This document shows positions 41,018 to 53,026 of a stretch of 64,000 bases of DNA, piece after piece. The first letter of the stretch is position 1. The number at the start of each line of letters is the position of its first letter. The position numbers and the translations under genes are program-made. The stretch is from Pelomyxa schiedti (taxonomy: Eukaryota; Protista; Evosea): contig JAHLWZ010000615.1 in assembly GCA_020536535.1 (NCBI GenBank), forward strand, positions 1 to 64,000, given 5' to 3'. The notes under the pieces were generated by a model. It worked only from the letters and a program-made list of their open reading frames with translations. It was not told where the DNA came from and made no database searches.

Positions 41018-41449
41018 CCCTAACACAGTTGCAGCAAATGAATTCAACAAAGTTCAGGGTTTCTTTTTGAAGCCAATCTATCTGCTAAGAGTTACAGGGG
41101 AATGCACCATGTTCCTGGAAGTTGGAAGTCAACATCTGTCTCATCTGCCTCATCAATCTCTCCTGGGAGTCCCACGTCAGAGGGGGTTCCTTCGATGCAA
41201 CCACTGGAGCCCTTGAGGAGTTTCTGTGAAAAGCTTGATTGCAAAGACAACGCTCAAACCAGTATCCATCCAATGGTGGAAAATCCTCACTTTCGTGAAG
41301 TTGCACTTTGCCGTTAAGAATCCCACAATAGACCCACCAGTTCCACTTCGTGTGCTGGGCTATTTTGTAGCAGTACATTGGTGTCAATTTTTTTTAGTCA
41401 ACGAATCCCCGAACACAACAAAATGAATGCAGAACTTCCAGACTCTGTA

Positions 41450-42570
41450 CTTCAAAAGTATACACTGATGTACTGTGTTGAATAACCCACAATGAACGGT
41501 TCTCTAGGATTCAAGCTGGTGATGCTGTTTGACTTGCTTGTGGAATTTGCTAAGAAGTCAAAGTGCACAATTCAGTGTAAGACCATTCCTATTTTCACCA
41601 GACCTCTGAATCAAGAATCCATGAAGTGAGGGACTTCTTGCACACACTCTTGCTGACCCGTATTTACCTGCCTTCAGACTCTCATAGAGCCTTCTTCTCG
41701 AACTAGCTCCTGGAATCGGCTGACTGCTGTACCCTACTACTTCAGTTGAAGAAAGTATTCCAACGTGAGGGCAGTTTTAGGGTCAGTTTTTCTCACGATC
41801 GATAATTCTCACCTCACAATCGAGATTGTAACCATTTGATAGATTTGAAGCGACATTAGTAGTACCCACGACAGCCACACTTGGTTTTTTTCCTCGTAAA
41901 TCCAAACACGTGGTGTAGTTTACAAGAGCCAAGATGTCCGCCCATAATGGAGAAGTGTAATCGACATTTCCCCCACGCATGTGATTTGACGTCTTCCTGA
42001 CGACTTTCCAGAAACTGCCAACCGAATGAGACAACAACAGCCAGCCAACCGCCGCCACCAGAGATCAGCGCGGGCCCTTATCCTCGTACTGTCTGCTCTG
42101 TAAGCTATCCCGCTGTACTCATTTCCCTCTCTTCCGAGATGCTCAACCACAATCCACGTGGTACTCATACAACAACGTCACGAGAAAAGGGAGCAGGGGT
42201 GGAAAGAGGTAGTATTGAGAGTGGGAACAGTCACTGATTGCCAAAGCAAGTTTACTGGATAGATCATGGGAGGGGTTACAAGGTGTGGGCTCTGTGACAA
42301 AAGAAGAATTATTTGGCCTGTGAGCGGACCCACAATGACTGGATGAGAGATGGAGACCACACCTGCAGTATGAATGATACCCGAGAAAATGGAGAATAAC
42401 AGATACTTTATTCTTCGATTACTACAGGCCTCAGCTAGAGCTTCCCCATAATCCTATTTGGTTGGTAAACCTTCGCGGCTTCAGGACCACAGGCCACATT
42501 GTTTTTGTGTTTCCGAATCGACAGTTGCAATCATCAAACCAAATCCAATCCAGTCATCGACCATTTAGTA
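41450..42570 (-). other. Possible hypothetical gene or gene relic, no recognisable domain
   Basis: Short open frames and splice-like signals, but no clean gene model could be built. Confidence 0.25.
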
Positions 42571-42736
42571 AAGCGAAGAAGATCTAAAAAATAAATAAAA
42601 ACGAGACAATGAGATGCCGGCAGTGGCAGGTGACAGTTCGGTCTCTTTTTTACAAAACACCAACAAACACAAACAAATAAAAAAAACAGTGTGTGCACTG
42701 TGGTTACTACGGTCAATTGAAGGGGACCATGCGCTA

Positions 42737-42971
42737 CACAATCATCATCAGCGGCATCAGAATTACCTTACCCCACGTTTAATTGCTAATTACATTACAG
42801 AGGCTACCCTCTGAGAACCACCTGGATGCGAAGGAGCCCCAAAAAGGGACTCTGGTGCAGGTTTCGGTCTCCCGTGCTGAGAGGGAGGCTCTGCGCCATC
42901 TACTACCTGCTTCGCGGAGTGGAGCGGACCACAATCATCATCAGCGGCATCAGAATTACCTTACCCCACGT
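42737..42971 (+). repeat. Perfect 42-bp direct repeat (42737-42778 and 42930-42971)
   Basis: cacaatcatcatcagcggcatcagaattaccttaccccacgt occurs twice, 193 bp apart. Confidence 0.95.
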
Positions 42972-43260
42972 GCGACAACGGTGAAGTCATTTGCACTGCA
43001 GTTGTTATGATGAAGAATACAAGACAGGTTTGACTTACAAAACTAACGCTGTGCCTCACTGAACTATAGTAACGAACCAAGATTAGCTACTTAAGGGACA
43101 CAAACAAACTGCGCATGCACCAAATACAGTGCGGCTCCCTAGCTCTTCTTTTGCTTGCCTTTTCACACTCCCGCCTCCACCTCGCAAAATTGAGGTCCTG
43201 TTGCCCAAATTTCCTTTCAGCGGTTTGAGTGAAAAAATTTTTTCCACAAAAATGCCTGTT

Positions 43261-43668
43261 CAGAGGAGGCCGCAGAAAGGACTTTAATTACGCATAGGGT
43301 TGCGGGTGTAACTACGATGGTGAAGAGAGACTGCAGTTACGATGCACTGCTCCGTGGAACGGTCACAGTGTAACTGGTACACGAGCGGTGCAGGTGGCAC
43401 CGCCTCGCTTTGGCCCAATGTAGGCAACAACCCCCCCACAAAGGCACCCCAACACCCGCATGATAGACTGCCACACCGACACACGTAACACTGCACAGTA
43501 AGTAAGTATCGGGGCCGTTGGCAACAGAAAAACAATTTGTGTGATTGTTCCCACACGGAACACCCCAGGTGTGCTGTGCACACAATAGAATGCGCAGCAG
43601 GACAAAACGACGGGATGGGGTTTCCTTGTTTGGACTCCAACACCTGTCTTTTCCCCGGCCTTCCTCTG
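43261..43668 (-). ncRNA. Candidate structured non-coding RNA, family unassigned; strand tentative
   Basis: ~22-bp terminal helix, several internal hairpins, two crossing long-range helices, downstream T5 on the minus strand, no credible ORF. Confidence 0.45.
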
Positions 43669-43722
43669 TCCTGCAAAATTTGTTTCACGACTGTAAATGA
43701 CATTCTTTTGATTTCTGTACTT

Positions 43723-44891
43723 TTAATTTACTTCTATCCAGAACCACACGTAATGCCTTGTGTAGTAGGTGTTGGACTTGGGTTTCTTTAGTGGTGAGAA
43801 AACGGACTGGTAGGTGTCCAGCAGCAAGTCTTTGCGCTCTTCAGTTTTGTTTCCACTCAGTGATGAGCTTATCTTGGTTGTATTTTTAGACTGGGATGAA
43901 AATACTGCTGGGTACCTTTAGTGCTATCTGTGCCTTGAGGCCAGGAATTTTCACATATAATTCAACAACGGGAGAAATGGAGAAACGGAGGAGAGCCATA
44001 AAGTTACCAAGGCCAGGTATTCCAATGGATCCTTGTAAAGCGTGTTCACAAGGCCAGCTGTAACCATAGAAAGCAACAAAGATTCGAAAGTGTTGTCTGC
44101 CCAAAGCTTCACATTGGCCAAAAAAGTGAGGTGCACGAGCAGCTGTGGGAAATTAGTAAGAGAAAACAAATGGGGTTAGCTCACTATTTATCGAGGTGGA
44201 AGGGGAAAGAGCGGATTGTATCTTTTCAAGGAATGGCTGTGCATAAGTGACCAAGTTAACAATTAACAATCTCAAAATTCCAACAAACCACGCCAGTCAA
44301 ATGAGTCCAGGAAATGAACTAGATGTAGTTAGTCACATAAAGACACAGTGAAAGAAAACATGAACAAAAACACTGAGAAAGTAAGCATACAGGTTGATCC
44401 ACCGGGCGCTCGTGTGTCTTTGGCTTGGCAACCCCACGGGCCACAGCGATAAGACAATCCTCGTACACGCCACGCTGTTTCTTCATTGCGGCTCCGATCA
44501 ACTGCATGATGTACGCCACCTCCTTCTGTACCTTGGGCAACGCGCCCTCAATAAGGCTGATGGCAGATGCCCTACGGCTTCGCTTGTCTGTTTCTGCCCG
44601 GCATTGCTCCCTGAGACTCGCTGCTAGTTGTCTGGCTTGCTCTCCCTCCTCTGTCACTCGGCGGATCTCCTCGTCGGTTGCTTGGAGATCGAGTCGGGTC
44701 TCTCTACGCGCCGCAAGTGCACGAATGTCACCTTCCACTTCATTTTGGAGTTGCCGAAGTTGAACGGCACTCAGTGATGCAAGGTGGTCTAGCTCAGCGC
44801 GGCTGGCTCCAGGAGGCAGGGGGCCAATGTATCGTCTCGCGGGGGTACTCGTCTGAGGACCACCGGTGTTCCAGGCATTGCAATCACTCAT
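43723..44891 (-). CDS. Hypothetical coiled-coil protein, multi-exon
   Basis: Large first exon MSDCNAW... with heptad E/R/Q/A content; downstream exons end ...HYVWFWIEVN*. Confidence 0.6.
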
Positions 44892-44947
44892 CTGGGTTTT
44901 TTTTTCTCAATTACAAAAAATTTGCTTAGGACGACGAAACGATTGTT

Positions 44948-46089
44948 CTAGTTGGGTTCAAGCAGCGAGGGAGTGACGTGTAGAGTCAACTCCAAGAGAG
45001 CTTCTTCTTGTTGGAACATAGCGACTTCAGCAGCAGACAACATGTAAACAGTCGAATAGCCCACGCTCAAATCCACAATCCTTTCCGTCTTCACTGTGAG
45101 AGAGGAGGAAGTCTTGTTGTGTGAGTCAGGGAAAGCAAGGGCTGTTCTACCTTAAATCGGCGGGCACGTTTCTTTGGAGGAACCGAACGTACCATCAACT
45201 CACGACCGGCGAACTTGAAGTGAAGTCGACTATTACCATCGGGGGTTATGAACACAGTCCCAAAAGCTTCTGGTTGTGAAAACGAAGGGCACCCTGTAAC
45301 TGCCAGCTGAAACACGAACCGGCTCTCCTTCCTTGGAGTAAACTTCACCGGTTTACACAGGAATGACACTCGCGGTGTCCCTGGAAGAATATGAGACAAA
45401 GTGGAATGAAGTTTACTTACATGTAGATATAAGACCAAAAAAACTACGGCAAACAAGCTGAAGAGTCACTCGGCTTGAGTAGGTGAGAAAGGGCAAGATA
45501 AACAGCAGAAAATTTGGCAACTGAAGAACGTTTGCTTTACACAGAGTTAGAGTGGCACCACCCTGCAGAACCCATACACTTGTACAATATCCTTCTCCAC
45601 TCAGCCGGCCTGTTAACTTCACGAATTATATCTCGCACTCCCTACTAGGTGTGAGTTTTTAACGAAATTTTCAGTTGGTTTCTATACCTGCTCTGGTTTA
45701 AGGACTTCGGTCGTTTGACAATTTCCGTCACGATAGTGGTCCAAAACATCTTGCCGTATCTTTTGTCGATCAGCATCTGCTTTCTGCATAGCCACCACCA
45801 GGTTTGTAGATAAGGAGGCAAGGTTGTTGAGATTGCGCCAGAGTTCTTTGTCCTTCTCTTCTACTTTTTCACGTTCCCCAACAAGCTCTTCCAGCTCTAA
45901 TTCTGCTTTCTCTGCCTCCCCCACGTACCTGTCTCGATTTGCCTCGGCCCCACGAAGAAAGGAGGATCGCAGTGCGACGGCGTTGTCGTACTGACGCTGG
46001 TCTTCAAGTAGGGCGTTCAGTTGTGCCCTCAGTGTAAGAAGCTTGGCAATCTCAGCGCGACAATCCGGATCCATATGGCGTCGTATCAT
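44948..46089 (-). CDS. Hypothetical protein: N-terminal coiled coil plus small beta-rich C-terminal domain
   Basis: Exon 1 MIRRHMDPDCRAEIAKLL...; last exon TERIVDLSVGYSTVYMLS...LELTLHVTPSLLEPN*. Confidence 0.6.
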
Positions 46090-46297
46090 CTCTCGCTGTT
46101 GGGTTTTTTTTTTTTAGATCCACACACTTTCTATTTTAAATTTTGATGGGCGGTTCTGCCAGGCAGGGGAGTAACGACAGAAAGGTCCAAACATAAAAAA
46201 GTAACTTTTGTCGAACTTTCTCTCATCCCTCCCCTGGCCAGGGGTGGGCAAAAACAGCACTCAGAGGCGGAATTTCGGCACTGCCAAATGAGAAACG

Positions 46298-47854
46298 TCA
46301 CTCAGTTCCAAGGCGGAGCAGATACCCGGATGGTGTAGCCACCCTGTGTACTGGGTTAGAGGAAATACAATGCAGGTATGTATCAGTGGGTTGGTTACCG
46401 TTGAATGAAGTTGGAACCAATCATTTCCCACAGGTGAAACTGAACCCCAAGCCCAGACATGTGCAGCTTTTTTTTGAGGACCCTCTGTTTATGTGAGCGT
46501 AATTAGGCAAGAAGAATAAAGCTGGGTACTAACCTCCTCCAGCATTTCATGAAACCTTGTGTGGGATAGGGCATCACACAGTTCTTGGCGTCCGTTTTGT
46601 ATCATAGATAGAATAGGGCCGGCATAGGGAACAGAAAATCGGTAAATGTCAACATCAAGCTGTACAATAACCCCAGCATGCATCAGGAGTCTATGTCTCA
46701 GATGAGAGGTGAAGACCATTATTTTGAAGGTGTTTTACGTGATGTCTCGGTCTTCCAGTACAAAGCCATTGTAAGACAGTGCTTCAGACAATTCCTTGAA
46801 GGATGTGTCACAAGTTTTCAATGTTTCTAAGCATCCTAGCAGCTGTTCTTCTGGTTTTAAAAACCACACCCAAGAAAGGGGATTTGCTTACCGAATACGC
46901 AGTATCTGGAGTTGCCTACAGCAGGACTTGAGCAACAGGTTTTATCCATTGTGGTTGACGAACTAGAACTGCCCTCACTCAGAGGGTGCTCTTCTTGATC
47001 ATGGGATTTAAATGATTCTACAGAGGTCTGGAGGGCTCTACGGTAATCATCCAAGAGGAGAATGGCACAATCGGGAGATGGAACAGAAATATTGAAAATT
47101 CGAATGGTGTTGTTTTCTACAAGTACTGCCTGTTTTTTGTGTTGCCTTAGGAAAAGAAAAGTCGTTCAATTGTGGTCTGGAGAGCAGTCAATTAGGTGCT
47201 GAAATAGTCAAAAACACATGCCATACAAGGTCCTTGTCAGCAGCCGTTCTATCTTTTGAAAGGCTATAAACTTGTGATCGAAGGCAAAACGGCGGTCTTG
47301 GAGTAGGGTCATTCTAGTAGAAGTCATTCACATCAAAAAGAGTTTGTATGGCATGCCCGATTACCTCTGCAGGAGGTAGCTCATTTCGCAAAATATTCAA
47401 GACCACTTCGATGTCAGATGGGAAGTCCTCCTCATTCAGGTCATCCACCCTAACACATACTGCATATTCTTTTAGATTGTTTTATACGGTGTGCGTTTGC
47501 AATCCAACTTTTCTAAATGCACAGATGCATCAAAATTTTAAAAAACATCTAGAAGTTAAAAGGAAAACACAAATAGCCAAAGTAGGTAGTTGTTAGCATC
47601 ACCAGTGTGGCTATTTTCATCAGTAGCAGCACTGGGCTGCTGTTCCCTTTGTTCATGTGCAGCTACTCGAGGCCTCGCTGAACGTGGTGACTGTTGTCAA
47701 TTGTTGAAAAAAAAAAGTCACTTGACGGGCATTATCAACACACTTTGGGGGAGCAAATCGACAATAACATCTTGTCAGCCACCAATTTTTGGGGACTGGG
47801 CTTGTCGCATCTGGCCTTCTTGGGCTTGGACGGTGTCGCCTGCTCTGACGCCAT
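46298..47854 (-). CDS. STK19: STK19 family winged-helix protein (transcription-coupled repair factor)
   Basis: Spliced PPFCLRSQVYSLSKDRTAADKDL, LLLDDYR, DITLLMHAGVI...RFSVPYAG...NGRQEL, LGVQFHLWEMIGS, TPSGYLLRL match STK19. Confidence 0.85.
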
Positions 47855-47974
47855 CACCGTAACGATTTTCTCTTCGCCGATAGATCGGCTGCACGTTCTC
47901 AATGCGGAAATTACGAATGAACGAGATAACTCGATTTAAAATTTTTGATTTCGGGCTTGGGTGGGTTTTTTTAC

Positions 47975-49531
47975 TTACAAGTACGAGAGTACTTGTATTG
48001 CCTCAGAGGAAGAGGGGTTACTGCCGTGATAGATGGTGACTGTGCCTTTGATTACGTTGTAAATGAATGTGGCGAGGGTGATTGAGGTGTCTGGAGGTGT
48101 TGCCGTACGGTAAATAGGCCACTGTGAATCCTGATTATATAGAGGGCTTGTTAGATACTGGAGTGGAAGCTGTGTTTTCACTACAGACCTGTGTGTCTCC
48201 GAGGATAGCTAGTACTTGGTCATATGACATAGGCTCTCCTATTTCCAACATGCGCTGGTATCTATGTATGGTGCTGTTTCCGGGGCTCTGCGGTACATCC
48301 AGTCTGAGGTAGTGGTTGGTGTGTTCATAGTATCCGCCAACTTCCACATCATGAATGTCAACCTCTGGAGATGTTAGTGAGGAGTTCCTTTCCGTATTCA
48401 GTCACACTTGTTGAATGTGTCTCAATGTTCACCACGCGACTGCCATCAAGTGAGATCAAATTGGTACTGAAACCCAGTGCAATGCTGTCTGGTGTGGCCC
48501 GGTTAACAAGATCGTTCATATCCACTGAATTAAGCATGTCTCTGTAAACGTGTATTAGAATACTGGTGAACCGTTTGTAGGATACCTATTAATAAAATAG
48601 CGAGCTCTCCCACCAACTACAACATCATTTGGAGGTAGTGCGTTGCATGAGAAGGCAATGCTATCTGTCCAGCCCGTCGCAAAACCAGGAATATGTGCTA
48701 AAAGAGGATTGGCATAGGTTTGGGGAGTTGCATGTTACCAGTGTAAGTTAAAGCAGTGAAATGCCTCGAGCACTTCACATCGTCGCACCAAAGTTGTGTG
48801 GCACTTAACACGAATAGACCTTTAAGGGTATCAAAACGCGTAGATGTTTGCTTGAATATTACCAGAGACGTAATCAGGGCCACCATCCTCATTGTGCGCT
48901 ACAAGTTTCATATTGTACATATCATTGGCAAGGATATCCGAGCAGTGACCTGCAGAGGCCTGATCCTGACCCTGATCAATGAGTGTTTCAATTTCTATGC
49001 AAGTCAGGAGAAGGTAAAATTCAGTACTGCAAAAACCAGGTTCAAGTGCCAAAAGCATTAAATCCGTAAACTGCACTTTTGCCCCGTCAGCAAGGCCTTG
49101 CAGTTCATCAATTGCATCAGGGTAAAACATTTGATTTTTAGTGAGGAACTGTTAAAAGTTGTTACTCTGGTTAACGTTTAGGTAGGATGTTCAAACTGTG
49201 TTGTATTCATCAATATGGTCATAGTACCAAGGGTACAACGTGTCAGGTAGGTCACGATTGCTGTTTTTTGCGTTTGGTGTGTTAAAACGCAAGTGTATGT
49301 GCATACATTGACATGAACTCAGCAATTGAGGATGCACGACTTACTCCAACTTGGTACCCAAGCTGTAATGGCATCAATCCCCCGACAGAAAAAAAAAAAG
49401 GGCGTCGTACGTACGTCATACGGGGTGGATGCAACAACAGACAGCATCACCAGTGACTGTTGTGCCACAATCCCATAACTCATACACGTCAACACAACCC
49501 CCACAAACACGTTTCGGTTAAACCCAACCAT
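47975..49531 (-). CDS. Peptidase C45 family Ntn-hydrolase (isopenicillin-N acyltransferase/tan-like), with predicted signal peptide
   Basis: YPDAIDELQGLADGA, HCSD nucleophile, AHNEDG, YEHTNHY, ILGDT. Confidence 0.85.
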
Positions 49532-49687
49532 AGATAGATAGAATCGGTGATTCTCCGAATTGATTGTTGTGGAAAACGAAATTGAATCAGAGGAAGGTGT
49601 TGGCCGCAGAAAAGTCGCAGGCAACTCGTCTGTTGGAGTCCAAACAAGGAAACCCTTTTTCCACTACTTTTGGAAACCACTGTGGGA

Positions 49688-51551
49688 ATGAGTAAGAGGG
49701 AACATCCCACAAGTACTAGTGCGAGCAGGGATACAGGGGCACACAGCGACGTGGTAGTTGCTGGGGCAGGGAGTGCGGTTCAAAACAAGAGCCGAAGGGT
49801 TGCACCCACTGGCGCCGCCAAGGTGCCACAAACGGATACTGAAAGGCACACCGTAGTTCCCTTGAAGGGTTCGTCTTGTTGTGTTTCGGCAGTGGTGCTT
49901 GGCAATTATGGGCCACCGTGTCTGTTTGTTTCATTGTTTTTTTTTTAGGCTCTCACATAGTTATTTTTTTTTTTTTGTTTTAGTATGCACTACAAATTGG
50001 CAGCATGTTTGGTACTTGGTTGCCACACATACCCAGGTAGACCCAAGGGACTTGATTTCATGTATTTCTTTCTCCCTTTTGCATTTGCATACCAAACAAC
50101 TTACTGGAGTTCTGTGGTTACTTTTTGTTTCTCACAGTGGGAAAAACCTGCTCTGATATGAGAACCTTCATTGCTGGGCCTATGATGGCTCCGATTTGGG
50201 AGAAGCTACTTAACAGGTATTGACTTTTTTCCCTTGTTTAGTATTGTTATTAGTTACTTTCACAAATAGTGCTTTGGATTCGTCTATTCCCATAGGGAAA
50301 AAGTGTGTACAAGAAGTACTCCAAAAAGCACCTTTATACCGACAGTGTGCCCCCTTCTGGGATGGGATGGATTTTATTGCCAAGTGCAAGTGTGTAACTA
50401 GGGTAAATCAAACCCAATTGTTTTCTGAAGACGCCTATAGAAACAACGCCCTGTTACCAGCTATTGAACAGTGCCTCGACGGGTTTATTGGTAGTGAGCC
50501 CTCCAAAAACATGAGGCGTGCACGCAATGAAGCTCTTTCGTCCCTTCTGGCTTTGATTACACCTGCTTTGTCACTCAAAGTTGTCACACCTCCTTTTTGA
50601 GACATTTTTCCAACCCCCATAAGAAAGGTACTGAAAAGGAAAATCAAAGTGTGACACAGAGTAGACTCTTGGGACGACCTGCAATGCTGCCAGTGGATAA
50701 GTGGCCCACAGAATGTCTGCTATTACTCCCAATTGCCAATTTCTAATTGTAACTTTAGCGGAAGAAAAGTTCTACATACCCTTCCAATGCCAAATTAATT
50801 TTCAAGAGATAACAGAGGCTGTTCCCTTTGCAAGATTTCTCATACCGAGTATCCAAAAAACACCTAGCAAAGGGCTTTTGGTCTTGTTCCATGATATCGA
50901 CACACAAAACAGTGCTTGCTTCTTCTACACTCCTGAGCAGTTTCCACAGCTTGAGGTGTTTTATTCTTCATTGTCCTTCATGTTTTTTTTTCTTAAAGTT
51001 CAACAGGCCAGAGTCACACCCAGTGACAAATTGCTGGGTCACATGAAAGAAAGTGAACAGGAACCTGGGTTCATTCAGTTCCAGATGGCTTTGTCAATTC
51101 CACCAGGTCGAAATGTGACTCCAAATCCAGGTTGATTCCCAAGCTACTTTCATTTATTTCTAAATTTGTCTGTACTTCCTCACATCTACAGTTGAGAACA
51201 TTTTTTCCAATCTGAGCGAAAAAGCTGGAGAGGAAGGAGGGGAGTGCTCCATGGATGATGTTTCTGATGCGTGGCTTAACCTTGAAAATGATCAGTTCTG
51301 CACTGGAGGTTCTTTCTCATTCCTTTGCCAAGAGCACATTCCCACACTGAACTTGTTGAAACCATATAGGGCCTGGGATGTTTTGCTACATGCATGCCCC
51401 AGCAAATGAGACCACATTTGAGACCTGTTTCATGCAACTTGACTCTAATCCACTTGGTACAGAACTTGACTTCTGTGGTGATGGGACAGCCTATTGGGAT
51501 GTGTCATTTGATACAAAACCTCCGACTGCCTCTCTGTCCTATGACTGCTAA
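49688..51551 (+). CDS. Hypothetical multi-exon protein
   Basis: Exons MSKREHPT..., ARNEALSSLLAL, last exon ELDFCGDGTAYWDVSFD...YDC*. Confidence 0.55.
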
Positions 51552-51674
51552 TTCATTTAAAAAAAAAAACAAGTTGCCAGCAATATCTTTTGTACAAACA
51601 CTCTACACAAACTATTTTTGTGCATGCAGTGTGCCAAAATACAAAAAGGTGGATGGGACCTCAAGGGGCATTGG

Positions 51675-52719
51675 TCACCAGTCTTTGATCTCAACCCTGA
51701 GTAGTGAAGGTTTTACATTGGTGACAGGAGTGGCTGATGAAAGTAAGCCAACTGAAGAAATTGAAGTGGTGGTTGTGTTGAGTGTTGTGACTGTTGCATT
51801 TTGAACACAGCCACATATTGCCTCGGCTACCTCCTGGCACTCAGATAGCTTTCTGAATCCCACAAGGAGTTTGTTGTTTCTTGGCCACGCAACTCTGTTG
51901 AAGAGAATACTGTAGCCCTTGTAGTAAGCTAAAATTGCAGGAGTTCCAACTGTAACACTCGGTTAGAAAAGTGGACTTTTTTTTTGGTAAGTACCTATTA
52001 GGTCTCCGCAAAAAGAAGGCTAAAAATGTAAAAACAGGCTTATTAGTTGGGCTTTGTTGCAGGGAAAGAGGCTTACATATTTCTCGTGATTTACAAAATA
52101 CACAAGTATGTGATGCGTGTCCGTGAGTTTCTTTAGATTGGTGAATCTGCGTGAATGGTCAAAGAGGGGAAAAAAAAAAGAGAGAGAGATTGAAGAATAA
52201 CCCCATCACATAAAATAAACATTCCATGATATATATACATATATACCCCACTGATTCAAATAACACAGCAGAAACATCCATAATATCTCCACACAACACA
52301 CACAATTGAACGCAAGGAGGGTTCCACTGGACCCCGACAGCCACGATTATGGGCCGGGCCTCCTCGCCCTCTCCCTCCCGGTCCCTATCGCGCTCCCCTT
52401 GCCCTTGCACCCCCACCTCGCTCTTCACCGCAGCCAACACCGCCTCCAGCTCCGTGAACTCGGTGTCGCCCTTGAGCCCCTCGAGCAGCTCCGCGACGGC
52501 CGTCGCGGGCGGGGCCACCACCACCGGCGGCGTCGTCGAGCCCCCCGCCGCCGCAGCCCCGCCCCCTGTCTTGAGCGCGGTGATGCCCGCGAGGGCCGCG
52601 CTCGTGACGCAGCCCATGGACCGCGGGGAGATGGGGAGGTTCTGGGCCGCGGACGACGTGGAGCGGGGCCGCGACGAGGGCAGGTACATGCTGGCAGCCG
52701 TCCCCGGCGACGTAGACAT
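51675..52719 (-). CDS. Hypothetical protein, possible thioredoxin-like fold (WNPPC)
   Basis: IIVAVGVQWNPPC and GTPAILAYYKG resemble the Trx active-site strand and the cis-Pro loop. Confidence 0.45.
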
Positions 52720-53026
52720 GGACGCCGCCGACTGGTGCTGCAGAGCCGTGGCTATGATGTCATTGGTGTACTCGGGGAAGCTCTGTACTCTGCGTGGTTG
52801 TTGTGGTTGGTGTGGTTGGTGTGTGTGGGTATGGTTTATTGGTTTTGTAGAGTGCGTTACGGGGAGGGGAGAGTGTACCCCAGTTGTTTCTTTTTCGATA
52901 CATGGGTGGGGAGGATGGCCTTGGCTTTATCCATAGTGATTGCTTCCTTGTGTCTCTTCGGGGAATTGACAATGAAAAGAAAAGACCATCACAAAAAAAA
53001 GCCGGCAAGACGAAGGAAATTCGAAG

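Noticed and set aside
42737-42971. CRISPR-like repeat-spacer unit
   Set aside because: Only two repeats, a 151-bp spacer, eukaryotic context and no cas genes
43261-43668. Assignment of the structured element to RNase P/MRP, SRP, U3 or telomerase RNA
   Set aside because: Only fragments match (UAGUUAC, ACGGAGCAG, GAGGAAG/CUGA, AACCCUA). There is no properly placed P4 GAAAGUC pair, GNRA helix 8, box C or adequate telomeric template
47240-47270. Apparent frameshift in STK19
   Set aside because: On re-reading, the frame is intact (YSLSKDRTAADKDL)
41450-47950. Possible mobile element or viral insertion, since part of it is repeated at 1-572 and the ORFs look orphan
   Set aside because: It contains the intron-bearing host gene STK19, and I found no transposase, RT, integrase, capsid or element termini
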